Shown here piece by piece: positions 53,946 through 56,578 of a stretch of 56,578 bases of DNA. The notes beneath the pieces were generated by a model. The model searched no databases and was not told the DNA's origin. It saw only the letters and a program-made list of their open reading frames with translations. Numbering within the stretch: the stretch's first letter is position 1; each line of letters begins with the position of its first letter. Position numbers and translations under genes: made by a program. Location: NCBI GenBank assembly GCA_964570655.1, contig CAZMYU010000005.1, positions 1-56,578 of the forward strand. Reading direction: 5' to 3'. The stretch comes from an uncultured Gammaproteobacteria bacterium. GTDB taxonomy: Bacteria; Patescibacteriota; Patescibacteriia; Patescibacteriales; UBA12465.

Positions 53946-55418
53946 ATGTCCAATCAAAACATTCCCGCTAGCGAACGGGAAGAGCGACTACGAAAATTAG
54001 CCGAACTACAAAAATTGAATATTGATCCTTATCCAGCGATAAGTGCCAAAAATATCAGCGTGACCGAGGTCTTGGCTGATTTTGTTAATCTCGAAAAAAA
54101 TCAAAAAGAAGTAATTATTGCTGGGCGCCTCAGAACTCTGAGGGCTCATGGTAATCTCACTTTTGCCAACTTGCAAGATGGAGCCGATACCATTCAAGTC
54201 GCTATTTCCAAAAACGAAGTCGGAGTTGATCAATATAAAATATTTACCAAACTCATTGACATGGGTGACATTGTCGAATTTTCTGGAGTAGCTTTTGTAA
54301 CTCATAAAGGTGAAAACAGTATTTTGGCCAAATCTTTTAAAATACTCAGCAAATCTTTAATGCCTTTACCGGAAAAATGGCACGGCCTCAAAGATGAAGA
54401 AGAAAAATTCCGCAAACGTTATCTAGATATCATGCTTAATGAAGATATTTACGACCTAGTCATTAAACGTTCCAAATTTTGGCAAGCGACTCGTCAGTTT
54501 ATGCTCAACAATGGTTTTATCGAAGTAGAAACCCCAGTTTTAGAAGTGTCAACTGGCGGAGCCGATGCCCGACCTTTTATTACTCATCACAACGCGCTGG
54601 ACATGGAAGTTTATTTGCGAATTTCCACTGGTGAACTCTGGCAAAAGAGACTCATGGTCGCCGGACTGCCCAAAACTTTCGAAATTGGCCGACAATTTAG
54701 AAACGAAGGCATGGACGCCGAGCATCTGCAAGATTATACCCAAATGGAATTTTATTGGGGTTATGCCGACTTCAACAAAGGTATGAAATTGGTGGAGGAG
54801 ATGTATAAATATATTGCTAAGGAAACTTTTGGCACCCTCAAATTTAAAATTAAAGATTTTGCTGTTGATCTTGGGGCTAAATGGGAAATTTATGATTATC
54901 GAGAAACAGTCAAAAAAATGACCGGCATTGATGTTTTAGATGCCACCGAAAAAGAAATTAGAAAAAAATTGGATGAACTCCAAATAGTTTATGATGCTAA
55001 GGGATTTAATATTACTCGAGCCATTGATAATCTTTGGAAATATTGTCGCAAACAAATTGCTGGGCCAGGATTTTTGATCAATACGCCAGTCGCTATCTCA
55101 CCGCTGGCCAAAAGAAGGGAAGACAACCCAGAACTTACCCAAAGATTTCAACCCATTATTGCCGGTTCCGAACTAGGTAATGGTTATAGCGAGCTCAACG
55201 ATCCGATTGATCAAGAAAACCGCTTTAAAGAACAGACCAAGTTGCGAGAAGCTGGTGATGATGAAGCCCAAATGCATGATCATGATTTTGTGGAAGCCTT
55301 AGAATACGGCATGCCCCCAACCTGTGGCTTTGGATTCTCTGAAAGACTCTTTAGTTTTCTTATGAACAAAACAGCCCGGGAATGCCAAATCTTTCCTCTC
55401 ATGAAACCAAGAGATTAG
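53946..55418 (+). CDS. lysS: lysyl-tRNA synthetase, class II
   Basis: LPEKWHGLKD, RKRYLD, FEIGRQFRNEG, GNGYSELNDP, YGMPPTCGFG. Confidence 0.96.
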   Translation: MSNQNIPASEREERLRKLAELQKLNIDPYPAISAKNISVTEVLADFVNLEKNQKEVIIAGRLRTLRAHGNLTFANLQDGADTIQVAISKNEVGVDQYKIFTKLIDMGDIVEFSGVAFVTHKGENSILAKSFKILSKSLMPLPEKWHGLKDEEEKFRKRYLDIMLNEDIYDLVIKRSKFWQATRQFMLNNGFIEVETPVLEVSTGGADARPFITHHNALDMEVYLRISTGELWQKRLMVAGLPKTFEIGRQFRNEGMDAEHLQDYTQMEFYWGYADFNKGMKLVEEMYKYIAKETFGTLKFKIKDFAVDLGAKWEIYDYRETVKKMTGIDVLDATEKEIRKKLDELQIVYDAKGFNITRAIDNLWKYCRKQIAGPGFLINTPVAISPLAKRREDNPELTQRFQPIIAGSELGNGYSELNDPIDQENRFKEQTKLREAGDDEAQMHDHDFVEALEYGMPPTCGFGFSERLFSFLMNKTARECQIFPLMKPRD

Positions 55419-55425
55419 ATATTTT

Positions 55426-55457
55426 AAAAGACTGCTGGTTGAGAGCAGTCTTTTTTT
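55426..55457. terminator. bidirectional terminator
   Basis: AAAAGACTGCT-ggttgag-AGCAGTCTTTTTTT. Confidence 0.85.
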
Positions 55458-56262
55458 AATTAAGCACTTCTACGCTTTCTTTGATTTTTGATCTTAGGAG
55501 TTTGGCTTGTTCCAAAATATTGGCTTCGGGATCGATCTCGGCTAGACCATTTAAAACTAAGGGCTTACCGATAATCATTTTGCCTTTATGCCCCATGCTA
55601 ATTTTGAGATGGATTTTGGATCCAAACTTAATGGGCATAATCGGTTCTAAACCAATCAATCTAATAGGAATAACTGCTCGAGGCTTGGCTTTGACGGCGG
55701 TGAGAGCGGCACCAATTCGACAGTCGTTAATCTTACCCGTACGACTACGAGTGCCCTCAAAAAAAAGAATCAAGTTTCCGTCTTTCAGTATATCACTGAA
55801 AACATCAACTTGTTCGTGAATTTTTGCCAAAGTACTGCAATCTCTTTTGACTGGCACGGTTTTGAGAGTTTTGAAAAATGTACCAACCAATTCATTGAAA
55901 TAAAAGTTTTTAACGTCCGGAGCATTAAAGGCAATCCGATTTTGATGAAAAAACATATCAAATAGCCTAGTTACTCCATAATCAATCAGGAAGGAATCAA
56001 TTAGAGTGAGATGGTTCGATAAATACAAAATTCCAACACCAGTTGGAATATTTTCGCGACCAATTACTTTTATATGATTGCCGACCTTAAAGACCAGGGC
56101 CGTTAAAAAATACATGAGAATTCTTAAAAAATAAACAGCAATACCGTTTGGCAAGGCATAAATGAGCAAAACCATCACTGCAATCACTGGTAAAAATACC
56201 CCCAGAATCAAATAAACCAAAGCGTAAGCAAAGAAGGCGAAGAGATTTCCTATTTTTTTCAT
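55456..56262 (-). CDS. lysophospholipid acyltransferase (PlsC-like)
   Basis: SNHLTLID (HX4D), PVKR, FFEGTRSRTG, VIPIRL. Confidence 0.8.
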   Translation of the reverse strand: MKKIGNLFAFFAYALVYLILGVFLPVIAVMVLLIYALPNGIAVYFLRILMYFLTALVFKVGNHIKVIGRENIPTGVGILYLSNHLTLIDSFLIDYGVTRLFDMFFHQNRIAFNAPDVKNFYFNELVGTFFKTLKTVPVKRDCSTLAKIHEQVDVFSDILKDGNLILFFEGTRSRTGKINDCRIGAALTAVKAKPRAVIPIRLIGLEPIMPIKFGSKIHLKISMGHKGKMIIGKPLVLNGLAEIDPEANILEQAKLLRSKIKESVEVLN

Positions 56263-56335
56263 GGCTTCAATTTTTAAAATAACTTTGTTTTAGCTTACCA
56301 GGATTTAGGGAATTAATCAATGTCCATAAAACCCC

Positions 56336-56369
56336 ACTCCCATACTCCTAATATTAGGAGTATGGGAGT
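56336..56369. repeat. perfect 34-bp loopless palindrome
   Basis: ACTCCCATACTCCTAAT|ATTAGGAGTATGGGAGT. Confidence 0.9.
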
Positions 56370-56398
56370 TTGACTTAAACAAGCATAACTTGTAATAT
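56370..56398 (+). promoter_or_regulatory. tRNA promoter
   Basis: TTGACT-17bp-TAATAT. Confidence 0.65.
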
Positions 56399-56460
56399 AT
56401 GGAGTATTAATGAAATATTGAAGCCCGCCTACGCTCCCTTAGAGCTTCGGCGTGGCGAAG

Positions 56461-56531
56461 TCGGGGATCGTCTAATGGTAGGACGCTAGGTTCTGGCCCT
56501 GGTAATTATGGTTCGAATCCATATCCCCGAG
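56461..56531 (+). tRNA. tRNA-Gln(CTG)
   Basis: Acceptor TCGGGGA/TCCCCGA (U1-A72), D-arm GTC-TAATGGTAG-GAC, anticodon loop TTCTGGC, T-arm TATGG-TTCGAAT-CCATA; CCA not encoded. Confidence 0.93.
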
Positions 56532-56578
56532 CAAATCAGGATAAGCAGTCGCGAAATCGTCTGCTTTTCTGTAATATG

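Noticed and set aside
700-55819. Short ORFs nested in or antisense to long genes (e.g. 1048, 7129, 24625, 47083, 51548, 55481)
   Set aside because: Shadow frames of well-supported genes with no motifs or expression signals
1-56578. CRISPR array
   Set aside because: No run of three or more regularly spaced repeats with unique spacers, and no cas genes; the repeats seen are hairpin pairs
1-56578. Prophage or integron
   Set aside because: No integrase, terminase or capsid genes, and no attC-type RYYYAAC/GTTRRRY boundaries around the cassettes
1-56578. GCNGC avoidance as support for the R-M specificity
   Set aside because: GCAGC, GCTGC, GCCGC and GCGGC sites are readily seen and depletion cannot be computed by eye, so no claim is made

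Overview
An AT-rich (mid-30s % GC by eye), gene-dense bacterial chromosome segment. Gene content, mostly SD-less A-rich leaders and Gmad2, FISUMP-pilin and CxxC-x17-CxxC proteins suggest Patescibacteria/CPR (inference). It carries a type IV pilus operon bracketed by signalling genes, a csoR/copA/NRAMP/TerC-like metal cluster, hppA, purA, rarA-MFS-uvrB, uvrA-uvrC, a flippase-GT4-GT2-pilin-O-antigen-ligase locus, greA-lysS and tRNA-Gln(CTG). No CRISPR array or prophage was seen. Main observations: (1) a 389-bp unit in which a small GIY-YIG nuclease gene is bounded by perfect 31-bp inverted repeats. The same 28-nt REP-like hairpin also occurs as a nuclease-free inverted pair 44 kb away and as two covarying variants, so the nuclease is a candidate mobiliser of a TGTC/CGTC-tagged REP family. 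(2) An independent RAYT/REP system with its own dispersed REP pair. (3) An intact LexA repressor fused to a Bsp6I-like cytosine methyltransferase, convergent with its cognate endonuclease between uvrB and uvrA, with a direct-repeat operator candidate inside its promoter. This may be a DNA-damage-regulated R-M system. (4) An unannotated ~175-nt structured ncRNA candidate (6S-like) with its own promoter and terminator. (5) Two kinase-less sensors ending in a shared RELKM coiled-coil. (6) A 146-bp MITE-like element. All family assignments are from motif recognition only; no searches were run.
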